From a virus (taxonomy: Duplodnaviria > Caudoviricetes), in IMG/VR virus record IMGVR_UViG_3300036821_000178, positions 1 through 63,853 of that record: a stretch of DNA of 63,853 bases. The stretch is one strand, 5' to 3'. The notes below the pieces were generated by a model. The model had not been told where the DNA came from and did no database searches. It saw nothing but the letters and a program-made list of their open reading frames with translations. The first letter of the stretch is position 1; every line of letters begins with the position of its first letter. Below are positions 1-8,226 of this stretch, in pieces. The translations under genes and the position numbers were made by a program.

Positions 1-37
1 GGAGAGGGTCCGGCCCGGCCTGCTCCAGGGGTGCGGG

Positions 38-1945
38 TTACGACCAGGTGCCCACGGAGCCGGAGCGGTCCGACTTCTGGATGCCCTGCATAAGGCCACA
101 GTAAAAGGGCGCATTTAGGACAAGAGCTCCGAAAAGGAACATCGAGTACCTAAAGGACGCATCGATCACAGGCCACGAAATGGACAAATAGTCCTGAACC
201 GCCACAAACTCCATCACATTGGACACGTTCGACCACGCGAACGGCATCGTGTAGCTCAGGAGCAGGACGTTGCCCTGCGGCAGCCAGGGGTGGACGACGA
301 CCCGGACGACGGACCGGGTGATCGGGTTCTGGAACTCGGACACGGCCGCGCCCAGGCGCACGCCCGGGACCTCGCTCTGCTCGATGAACAGGCGGTAGTT
401 GGTGGCCGTGCCGGACTGGACGATGTCGTTGCTCAGGCGCATCACGTCGCCGCCCTCGGCGATGATCTCCGCCGGGTCGGCGCGGTACGACCCGTAGGTC
501 GTGTTGCCGGTGCCGTCCCAGAGCTGCTGGAAGGCGGTGTTCAGGTTGGACGTGCGGAGCGTGTCGCCGACGGTCTGGCTGAAGTACCCCGCCTGCCAGT
601 TGGCCGGGTACACGGCCGAGCCGCCGCCCGTGGCGCTGTGGCCGGACAGGACCGCGAACAGGCCTTCCTCGTCGTTCGCCGAGGAAGTGCCCGAATCAGA
701 GCCCGGCGGCTGCGCCGTGGTGGTCGGCAGGGCACCCTGCAGCGTGAAGTACTGGCCGCCGACCTGGGCCTGGAACAGGTGATAGGTCCCGGCCGAGGCA
801 CCCGTGGTGGCGTAGATGTTGTACCACATCGCCCCGGCGACAGGGCTGATCTGGACGTCGACGACCTGGCCGGACGACCAGGCCACAGACTGCGAGGAGC
901 CTGCAGCCGTCTCGCCGAAGAAGGTGGCCGCAGTCACCTCAACGAAGACGTTCGTGGTGATGCCGGACAGGGCGGTCTCGCCGGAGTTGGCCGCGCGGGC
1001 GGTCAGCACCGGCGCCGCCGGGGCGCTCAGCGCGATCGAGGTGGCGCCGAGGTGGCTGGCCTCCTCGTTCAGCATGAACTCCTGCAGGAGCAGGAGGTTG
1101 GCCAGTGCGCTGATGTCTTCGAAGCCCTGACCAGAGAACTGCGCAAGCCAGCTCAGGTTTTCGGAAAGTCCCCAGAACCTGTAAGGAACCTTCAGATCGA
1201 CGGCGTCCTGGGAGCCCGTACCGGGCAGGTTCAGCGGCCAGGTGACCTGGCTGGCGGTGCCGCTGATCGCCGGGGTGTTCGCGGTCTGCACCAGCTCGGG
1301 GATGGCCAGGCGGACGAACTTGCCGCCGCTCGGGCCGGTCTGCGAGCCGGAGATGCCGGTGATGACCTTGCGCTGCCGGATCGTGCCCTGGCCCGGCACC
1401 CGCGGCAGCTTGTTGCGCAGCGGGGAGTAAACCGGGTAGATCAGGCTCGAAGGGGCAACCAGGTCGAACGGGACGAAGCCTGTCGACAGGGGCGACGTCA
1501 GGGTGATCGACTTGCCCAGCGCCTCGCTCAGCTGGTTGTTCAGCTGGCCGACGAGCTGCTGGAGCGCCTGGTTCTGCGGGCTGGCGGACATGAACGCGCC
1601 GAACTGGCCGGCGAACTCGGGTGCCATGCCCTTGATGACCTCGCCCGGGCTGTCAATCCCGGACTTGATCGCCCGGCGGAAGGCCGTCTCGGCCTTCATG
1701 GACCGCCGGAAGATCTGCTCGTCGTCCGACAGCGGCATGTTGCCGCCGACCTTCGCGAAGCCCGCGCCCTTGACCAGGGCGGGCATCTTGTCGCTGAGCA
1801 TGAGGTCGGGGGTGCGGTAGTTGTGCGCGTCCGCGTCGGCGTACCACGAGTCGACGTTGTCGCCGGCCTCGCGGGCAGCCTTCAGGGCCGGCGCTGCGGC
1901 CGTCCCGTACGGGACCTCGGCCGTGGCCAAGGCGGTGTCAGTCAT
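38..1945 (-). CDS. Major capsid protein (putative)
   Basis: 635 aa directly downstream of the protease gene; GGAGG RBS; capsid-like motifs (DLVAPSSLIYPVYSPLRNKLPRV, VVVHPWLPQG). Confidence 0.75.
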   Translation of the reverse strand: MTDTALATAEVPYGTAAAPALKAAREAGDNVDSWYADADAHNYRTPDLMLSDKMPALVKGAGFAKVGGNMPLSDDEQIFRRSMKAETAFRRAIKSGIDSPGEVIKGMAPEFAGQFGAFMSASPQNQALQQLVGQLNNQLSEALGKSITLTSPLSTGFVPFDLVAPSSLIYPVYSPLRNKLPRVPGQGTIRQRKVITGISGSQTGPSGGKFVRLAIPELVQTANTPAISGTASQVTWPLNLPGTGSQDAVDLKVPYRFWGLSENLSWLAQFSGQGFEDISALANLLLLQEFMLNEEASHLGATSIALSAPAAPVLTARAANSGETALSGITTNVFVEVTAATFFGETAAGSSQSVAWSSGQVVDVQISPVAGAMWYNIYATTGASAGTYHLFQAQVGGQYFTLQGALPTTTAQPPGSDSGTSSANDEEGLFAVLSGHSATGGGSAVYPANWQAGYFSQTVGDTLRTSNLNTAFQQLWDGTGNTTYGSYRADPAEIIAEGGDVMRLSNDIVQSGTATNYRLFIEQSEVPGVRLGAAVSEFQNPITRSVVRVVVHPWLPQGNVLLLSYTMPFAWSNVSNVMEFVAVQDYLSISWPVIDASFRYSMFLFGALVLNAPFYCGLMQGIQKSDRSGSVGTWS

Positions 1946-1963
1946 GCATGCCTCCGGGGCATG

Positions 1964-1988
1964 AAAAAAGCCCCCGCAGGGCGGGGGC
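1964..1988 (-). terminator. Intrinsic terminator-like hairpin upstream of capsid gene
   Basis: Minus strand GCCCCCGC-CCT-GCGGGGGC followed by TTTTTT. Confidence 0.6.
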
Positions 1989-2005
1989 CAGAGCGTGCTG
2001 GCGGG

Positions 2006-4915
2006 TCAGGCAGCGGGCCGGACGGCGGCCATCTTGTCGAGGACCGCCAGGGCGCGCTCGCGCACCTTGGGATCGCCGCTGCGGGACTGCATCTCGACGT
2101 AGGACTCGAATTCTTCGCGATCTGCCATGTCGCGGACGCGCACGCGCGTGGCGTGCTCGTCAACGAGGCTCCGCTTCTCCACGGGAGCGGCGGCACCTCC
2201 CCGGGCCATCTGCCCGCGCACGGGGGACAGGGCCGGGTCCGGCTGCGAGCCCAGGTCCTCGACCTGCTTGCGCAGGCCGGCGATCTGGCGCTCGTAGGCT
2301 TCAGCGAGGGGGGCGATCTGCTCGGCGACCAGCGCCTTCACGGCCTCAGCGTCCGTGACGACGCCCAGCTGGCCGGTCAGCTCGGCGGCCTTCTCGACCG
2401 ACAGTGGCTCGGTCAGCACCAGGCCATGCCGGGCGGCCTCGGCCATGAGCTCGTACTTGGACATCTTGCGGCGCTTCTTCTTCCCCCCGGCCTCACCTGG
2501 CGCGGTGCCGGCGTCCTGGTGCGCAGCGCGGGCCCCGCCCGCAGCACCATCGGCCGGGCCGGCCAGGCTCTCGCCCTTGCCGACGCCGGGGACGCCGCCC
2601 TGGTCGGACACGCTCACCGGGCGGGGGGAGGCACTGGCGTTCATGTCGTCGCTCATGTCTGCCTTCCGGCTGGAGGCCATCGGGCACATGTCGGGGAACT
2701 GGGCCGAGATGTGGTCGTGCACGCTCTGCATTGCCGCCCGGGCCGCATCGCGCGCGTTGTTGGTGTAGTAGGTCCTCGACGCGCCGGTGCCGACGGGCCC
2801 GCGGTTGTTCGGGGCGCGGTTGGCCGGGCTGTCGGCCTCGTGGCCGGCGGTGATCAGGCCCCGGTCGAACTGCTCGGGCTCCGGCGTGTGCGCCGGTGAC
2901 GGGATGTCCGGGCCGCCGTTATGCGCCGCATTCTCAGCCGCGTGGCCCGAGGTGAGGTAGGGCCGCTCGTAGGAGCCGGGCTTCGGCGGCTGCGACGGCG
3001 AGCAGCGCTCGTCCGGGTACATGTCGGTGAACGCCTTGTGCAGCGACGCGGCCGCGTCGGCCAGCGCGGCCGGCTCGGCGCCCTTGAGCAGGCCCGCGCT
3101 GGCGGCCAGCGCGGTGAGCTCGGCGGCCTTAGCGCTGTCGCCGGCCTGGACAGCCCGGGCGGCCTCGCCGGTGAACCAGCCCGCGTCGGCGGCGTCGGCC
3201 GCCGACTTCATCGCCGGGTACTCGGCCAGGACCTCCGCCGGGTCGTAGGCGGCGCAGAAGGCGTCGTGCATCCGCTTGGCCGCGTACGGCCAGTTCTGCG
3301 GGATCTCGCCTTCCTGCGCCTTGCCGGCCATCGGGCCGGTCCAGACCGCGTCAGGGACGTTATCGGGGCGCCGGTCTGGGTCAGTATGCATATCCGCCTG
3401 GTGCTCGAGGACCTCGACGCCTGTGGTGCCGTCCGGCTCGCGGTGCATCCCCGCAGACCGGGTGTCGGACGGCAGCGGGCGCGTGCCCTTCTCCGAGCCG
3501 GCCAGCCCGGCGGCCGCGAAGATGGCCTCAGCGGCGTCAGCGGTGATCAGGCCGGTCGCAACCGACTTGCCCACGGTCTCGGCGAGCTGCGACAGCGCAG
3601 CGGCCTTGCGGGCCTTCTTGCCGTCCTTGAGCGGGTTGGCCACGCCGAGCTCCCTCGCGCGCCGGGCGATCAGCTTCTTCGCCGCGGTGACGTTGCCGTG
3701 CCCGGAGCGGGCCAGGACGGCGGCATTCTGCAGGTCGCCGGCGCTGGCGATCGGGTAGCTGCCGTCCGGGAGGGCGTGGCCCTGCGAAGCGAGGCGCTTG
3801 CGCTCGCCGGTACTGATGTCGCGCTTGGCCGCCTCTGGCCCGGCGGCCTTGCCTGCCTCGGCCCCGGCGTCCTCGTCCGCGGCGTCCGCAGGCTCGCTCC
3901 CGGCACCGGAGTCCGGAGTCTCCCCGGCATCCTCGCCAGGCCCGGCCCCGCTGGCCGCCTTGACCAGCGTCAGCGCGCCGTAGGTGCCGCCCTGCGCGGC
4001 CAGCCACCGCCCGGCACCCTCGCGAGTGCCGTCCAGTCCCTCGTCGCCGCCGCGGGCGTCCCACCGCTGCCACTCGGCGCGCTTGGCCAGGTACTCGGTG
4101 CCGCCGATGACGTCCTTGTAGCTGGGCTCGGCGTCCAGCCACGCCTTGCGCTCGGCGCGGTAGGCGTCCCCGGCGGCCTTCAGCGCCGCCGAGCCGTCGA
4201 ACGCGGCCTTGACTGCCTCGCCGCCGTCGTCATCCCCGGCGTCGCCGTCCTCGTCGTCGACCGAGTCGTCCTCGCTGCCGCCGTCGCCGGCTTTGACGAT
4301 GTCGGCCTGGTCGACCTCCTCGTCGCTGCCAGTTCCCTGGCTGTCCTGGTCGCCGGGCTCGTCGTCGACGTCACCGCCGGCGGCCTTGGCCAGCAGGTCG
4401 TCCAGGTCGCCGATCGTCCAGGGCACCTCGTGGTCCTCGCTCTTGGCCAGGGTCAGCTGGCAGCTGCGGTTCGCCGGCCGGTCAACAAGGCTCACCTCGC
4501 AGAGCTCGCCGCCCTCGACGAGGCCGCCGGCGGCCTTGCCGGAGGGGTCGCGGCGGATCACCGGGTTGGAGATGCCGACCGACCAGGCGCGCAGGACCTT
4601 GTTCTTGACCAGCTTCTTGGCGGTGTCCTCGACGATCAGGCCCTTGAGGGTGTGCGCGAAGTCGCCGAGGTCGACCTGCAGGCCGCGGCCTGCCGGGTAC
4701 AGGTGCGGGGAGTGCATCACGCGGAGATTCGGGCCGGAGTCCATCCAGGTCGTCAGGGCCTTCGCCGACCACTGCGGCGAGACAATCTGCCGGTCAGTGT
4801 CGACACTCCCGTCAGTCACGATCCCCTCGACCACGAGGTTGCCGTCGGCGTCTTCCTCGTACTTCGAGATGGGAAAAGAGACGTACGTGAGCTCGTCCGC
4901 GGTGGTGTGAGCCAC
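2006..4915 (-). CDS. Prohead protease / scaffold fusion protein
   Basis: N-terminal HK97-type protease motifs (LRVMH, AWSVG, EVSLVDRPAN); acidic linker; coiled-coil-like C-terminus; GTG start at 4915 after GGAGG. Confidence 0.8.
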   Translation of the reverse strand: MAHTTADELTYVSFPISKYEEDADGNLVVEGIVTDGSVDTDRQIVSPQWSAKALTTWMDSGPNLRVMHSPHLYPAGRGLQVDLGDFAHTLKGLIVEDTAKKLVKNKVLRAWSVGISNPVIRRDPSGKAAGGLVEGGELCEVSLVDRPANRSCQLTLAKSEDHEVPWTIGDLDDLLAKAAGGDVDDEPGDQDSQGTGSDEEVDQADIVKAGDGGSEDDSVDDEDGDAGDDDGGEAVKAAFDGSAALKAAGDAYRAERKAWLDAEPSYKDVIGGTEYLAKRAEWQRWDARGGDEGLDGTREGAGRWLAAQGGTYGALTLVKAASGAGPGEDAGETPDSGAGSEPADAADEDAGAEAGKAAGPEAAKRDISTGERKRLASQGHALPDGSYPIASAGDLQNAAVLARSGHGNVTAAKKLIARRARELGVANPLKDGKKARKAAALSQLAETVGKSVATGLITADAAEAIFAAAGLAGSEKGTRPLPSDTRSAGMHREPDGTTGVEVLEHQADMHTDPDRRPDNVPDAVWTGPMAGKAQEGEIPQNWPYAAKRMHDAFCAAYDPAEVLAEYPAMKSAADAADAGWFTGEAARAVQAGDSAKAAELTALAASAGLLKGAEPAALADAAASLHKAFTDMYPDERCSPSQPPKPGSYERPYLTSGHAAENAAHNGGPDIPSPAHTPEPEQFDRGLITAGHEADSPANRAPNNRGPVGTGASRTYYTNNARDAARAAMQSVHDHISAQFPDMCPMASSRKADMSDDMNASASPRPVSVSDQGGVPGVGKGESLAGPADGAAGGARAAHQDAGTAPGEAGGKKKRRKMSKYELMAEAARHGLVLTEPLSVEKAAELTGQLGVVTDAEAVKALVAEQIAPLAEAYERQIAGLRKQVEDLGSQPDPALSPVRGQMARGGAAAPVEKRSLVDEHATRVRVRDMADREEFESYVEMQSRSGDPKVRERALAVLDKMAAVRPAA

Positions 4916-4933
4916 GGTTCCTCCGAGCATGAG

Positions 4934-4961
4934 AAAAGGCCGCCGGGTATCCGGCGGCCTT
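4934..4961 (-). terminator. Terminator-like hairpin upstream of protease gene
   Basis: AAGGCCGCCGG / CCGGCGGCCTT inverted repeat with T-run on the minus strand. Confidence 0.5.
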
Positions 4962-5017
4962 CGCGTGCATGCGCCCCTGCAGGGCGCCCGGCTATGCGGG
5001 AATGGCGGTGCGGGCGC

Positions 5018-5794
5018 TCAGGGAGCGGGGGTAAGCCCGAGCCAGTATCGTGCTGTCTGCCATGACGGGAATGTGCGCACGAACGGCCGGTCGCCCGGCG
5101 GGGAATAGGGACGCGCTGGCGTCCATACCTCAGTGCCGGGCCCGGCAACGGTCATGCGGGCAGCGGGATTGTCGTCGATGAGGACGCAGGGAGAACCGGG
5201 CCCGTAATGCGCCCGGATGAAGGCAGGCTTCTGGCCCCTGCCGACAGCATACACGTCACACCCTGCAAGGCCCCACTCGCCGAGCCAGCGCATGGTAATA
5301 TCCGCAGCCTCGGGCTCGCGCTCGGTGACGACAAGGGCCCGGATTCCGGCGTCGCGGGCCGCCGAGAATGCGTCGAACGCGCGGAAGTCAGGCGCGATGG
5401 CCAGCAGGAACGCCGGGTCGCGGAACAGTTCCGAGGCAAAGACCCCCTGCTCGGGAGCGAGCACGCCGGTGTCGAGCCGCCCGGGGAAGAACGACTGCGC
5501 CAGCGCGTCGTATGACGTGCCGAAGGCCGCGTTAAGCGAGGCGACCAGCGCCTCGGCGGTAAAGGCGAGAATGCCGTCGCAGTCGAACAGGACATCAGGG
5601 TGATCACGCGCCTGCGCGATACCCGGCGGCCATTCAGGCGACATCGCCGCGGCGATCGTGCGGGGGATATTCCACGCCGCCTCGGGTGCCGGCAGCCCCG
5701 CAGCCCAGGCGGCTGATGCCAGCACCGGGAGGGTAATATTCGCCGGGTCGCCGTGAGTCTCGGCCGGCAGGAAGCAGCCGCAGGTAAGGCAGAT
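5018..5794 (-). CDS. HAD-superfamily nucleotidase-like protein with N-terminal Cys-rich domain
   Basis: VLFDCDGIL (DxD) and LIDD motifs; frame extends upstream to an ATC codon at 5794 preceded by AAAGGAGG. Confidence 0.6.
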   Translation of the reverse strand: MCLTCGCFLPAETHGDPANITLPVLASAAWAAGLPAPEAAWNIPRTIAAAMSPEWPPGIAQARDHPDVLFDCDGILAFTAEALVASLNAAFGTSYDALAQSFFPGRLDTGVLAPEQGVFASELFRDPAFLLAIAPDFRAFDAFSAARDAGIRALVVTEREPEAADITMRWLGEWGLAGCDVYAVGRGQKPAFIRAHYGPGSPCVLIDDNPAARMTVAGPGTEVWTPARPYSPPGDRPFVRTFPSWQTARYWLGLTPAP

Positions 5795-5938
5795 TCCCCG
5801 GCCCTCCTTTGCTCTCGCGGTGCCCCAGGCGGGGCGTAGGGATTATCAGCATGCGCGATGTCCCGCCCAGGCGGGCCAGGCGAGGGACTTCCCGGAAGCC
5901 CGGCTGGCCGGCGAGCGCGGACTCAGGCACCGCGCGTT

Positions 5939-6610
5939 CTAGCGGGGCCAGTCTGCGAACCGCTTGCGCAGGACTGCGATGTCCTGTGCGCAGAGGTCGT
6001 ACTGGGCGAACAGCGCATCCGGCATCCGGTCCAGGCGGGCCGCTGCGTCGGTGAATTCGCGGGCGGCGAGGCCGGGATCGAGCCGCCGGGCCCAGCGGAT
6101 CAGGATGTCGGCACGGTAGTGAGCCAGGGCGGCCGCAGTGTCGATGTAGTCGCGCGGCTCGGATCGCGCCGCAAGCGCGGCCACCTTGCCGCCCAGGACG
6201 TCCTCGACGTCGAGGACCGGGCCGACGCCGGCTATCTCAACCGCCGGCAGAGCCCGGTCGAAAAAAGACATCTGCAGCATCACCGCGCTGCCGGGCCCGG
6301 CGAGCGTGCTCTCGCTGACGACGTACTCGGCCAGCCCCTCGCCCATTCCCGGGAAGATGTCGGCCAGGCCGCCGCCTGTCTTGTCGCGCGGCTGGACCCG
6401 GAACCCTGCGCGGCGCAGGGCGTCCTGCACGTCGTCAGCTGCAGCCTCGACTGCCCCGGGCGTGCTGGTGAACAGGTCGACGTCGGAGGTGGGCCGGCTG
6501 CCGATGCCGTGGGCGATCAGCGCGTTGCCGCCGGCGAGGGCGAAGCCCTGTCCGTGCGTCGCCTTCAGGACGGTGCTGGCGATCTTACGGTGCAGGCGCT
6601 TAATCGGCAC
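5939..6610 (-). CDS. AbiEii/AbiGii-family nucleotidyltransferase toxin
   Basis: FALAGGNAL, RPTSDVDLF, KVAAL..R.EPRDYID motifs. Confidence 0.85.
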   Translation of the reverse strand: MPIKRLHRKIASTVLKATHGQGFALAGGNALIAHGIGSRPTSDVDLFTSTPGAVEAAADDVQDALRRAGFRVQPRDKTGGGLADIFPGMGEGLAEYVVSESTLAGPGSAVMLQMSFFDRALPAVEIAGVGPVLDVEDVLGGKVAALAARSEPRDYIDTAAALAHYRADILIRWARRLDPGLAAREFTDAAARLDRMPDALFAQYDLCAQDIAVLRKRFADWPR

Positions 6611-6962
6611 GGGCTGCCTCCGTGCGACCCAGGCGCACCCACTGGAGCACGTGGTGGCTTTCCTCCCACCCGCAGCGGACGCCGTCGGGCAGTACCAGGT
6701 CCGGCCATATCTCGATGAGCCGGGCCCCGTTGATGAACCGGGTCAGCTCCCCGAGGAGGGTCGCCTCGCGGAGCACCATCTGGTACACCCACGGCAGGAT
6801 TCCCGGCACGTCCAGGTCGAAGGTGTGATTGGGGTGCCAGAACAACTGCGGAGGCAGGTCGATGGTCCCGCTGACCGGGCCCTGCAGGTCGGCGAGGTCG
6901 AGGGCGACCAGGACCGGCCGTCCTGGGCGGGCCAGGTGGGGAGCAAGCCGTGCCGCCGTCAT
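6600..6962 (-). CDS. Putative antitoxin partner of the AbiEii-type toxin
   Basis: Overlaps toxin start; small protein (YQMVLREA...LIEIWPDLVLP); TACTAT -10 box 7 nt before ATG. Confidence 0.6.
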   Translation of the reverse strand: MTAARLAPHLARPGRPVLVALDLADLQGPVSGTIDLPPQLFWHPNHTFDLDVPGILPWVYQMVLREATLLGELTRFINGARLIEIWPDLVLPDGVRCGWEESHHVLQWVRLGRTEAARAD

Positions 6963-7227
6963 GGCCTCGATAGTACGCGCGGACTCTAGCCGTGACCAGC
7001 GGAGGATGGCGGTCACCGTAGCATACCGGTGCTGATCTGACCGGCAAGTCGGCGGAGTGTGCCTGCGATGGCCTGGCGGAATCCGTCGGGGCCGTCGTTG
7101 ACCTCGTCCTTGTATGCCAGGTCAAACTGGCCGTCGGGCTGGACGATAAGGACCAGGGAGGCGTTCCGGGACAGTTCGGGGGTGATCTCGACGCTGCCGT
7201 CAGGGAGCCGGGGCAGGCCGCCGGCGC

Positions 7228-7560
7228 TCATGACTGCCATCCCGTGACCACGACGGGGGTGACCCAGTACATCGGCTCATGGTGCGGGAGAGCGACGAGC
7301 CTGCATTCACGCATTCTGCGCATGCCGCCGTGTACCAGCATGACCGGGTGGTTCAGAAGAGAACCGACCTGCTCGGTCAGCTGCCCCGCCGGGACATCAC
7401 GGGGCAGGTCGATGGTGAACAGGTCGTCTTCCTGCGGCTCGTGCAGGTCGAGCTGATCCAGGGGCTGGAGTGCCCACCACCCGTGACTCCCTGGCGGGAG
7501 GAGCCATTCGGGGATCCACGCTAATGCGTGGGTCGGCATCACCTGCGTGTACTGCGTCAT
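7228..7560 (-). CDS. Hypothetical protein
   Basis: ORF with TAGAAT 6 nt before ATG; protein-like composition. Confidence 0.5.
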   Translation of the reverse strand: MTQYTQVMPTHALAWIPEWLLPPGSHGWWALQPLDQLDLHEPQEDDLFTIDLPRDVPAGQLTEQVGSLLNHPVMLVHGGMRRMRECRLVALPHHEPMYWVTPVVVTGWQS

Positions 7561-7626
7561 GACTAGATTCTAGGATCCGGTCTTGTCCGCATCTGGTCGC
7601 GACTCGCGGAGTGTTACTGTTCCCTG

Positions 7627-8079
7627 GTGAACCTCCATCCAGTGGAGACCCTGGTCACACCAGGCGGGGACCCGGCCGACATCGATGTCGAGATGGTCCC
7701 GGTGATCCGGGCGCTGTGGTCTGCCGGATTCAAGACCGTGAGCTGCTGCCAGGATGCAGGCGAGAGCGGTGGCAGGATCAGCAGGCGCAGTCGTCAGCTA
7801 TGGACCGGCTACGCGCTGATCGAACTGCCGCCTGACGATGCCCTCGTCCTGATCGATGGCGTCAAGGGAACGCTGCAGTTCCGCAAGCGCATGCACTGGG
7901 CCGACTCCGGGGCATGGGAAATGCACATGCCAGTGCTGCCCTACATGCCACCGGAGGAGTTCGCGGGAGTCTACCCGTCGGTGCAGATCCGCTTTCCGAA
8001 AGACCAGCTCGAAGATCTTGCCGAGGTGATCCGCACCGAGTGGCGGCCTGCTGCCCTGGGGGCACGCAGCACTCGCTAG
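7627..8079 (+). CDS. Hypothetical protein
   Basis: 150 aa ORF with GFKTVSCCQD motif; protein-like composition. Confidence 0.55.
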   Translation: MNLHPVETLVTPGGDPADIDVEMVPVIRALWSAGFKTVSCCQDAGESGGRISRRSRQLWTGYALIELPPDDALVLIDGVKGTLQFRKRMHWADSGAWEMHMPVLPYMPPEEFAGVYPSVQIRFPKDQLEDLAEVIRTEWRPAALGARSTR

Positions 8080-8226
8080 TCGGGGCGCTCCCGATGGCTC
8101 CGGTTATGCTCGCGGAAGTCCTGCAGTAGCACCAGCGTGAGGATGGTGGCGCTCAGCAGGAGGTTGACGACGCTTTCGCACAGTACGCCTCCTCGCAAAC
8201 CCGGGCGCCTGCAAAATCGCTCCGAC

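Noticed and set aside
290-5065. Long + strand ORFs 290-2899 and 2921-5065, and similar antisense ORFs throughout
   Set aside because: Shadows of real minus-strand genes in high-GC DNA with no protein motifs, unlike 8635-9510.
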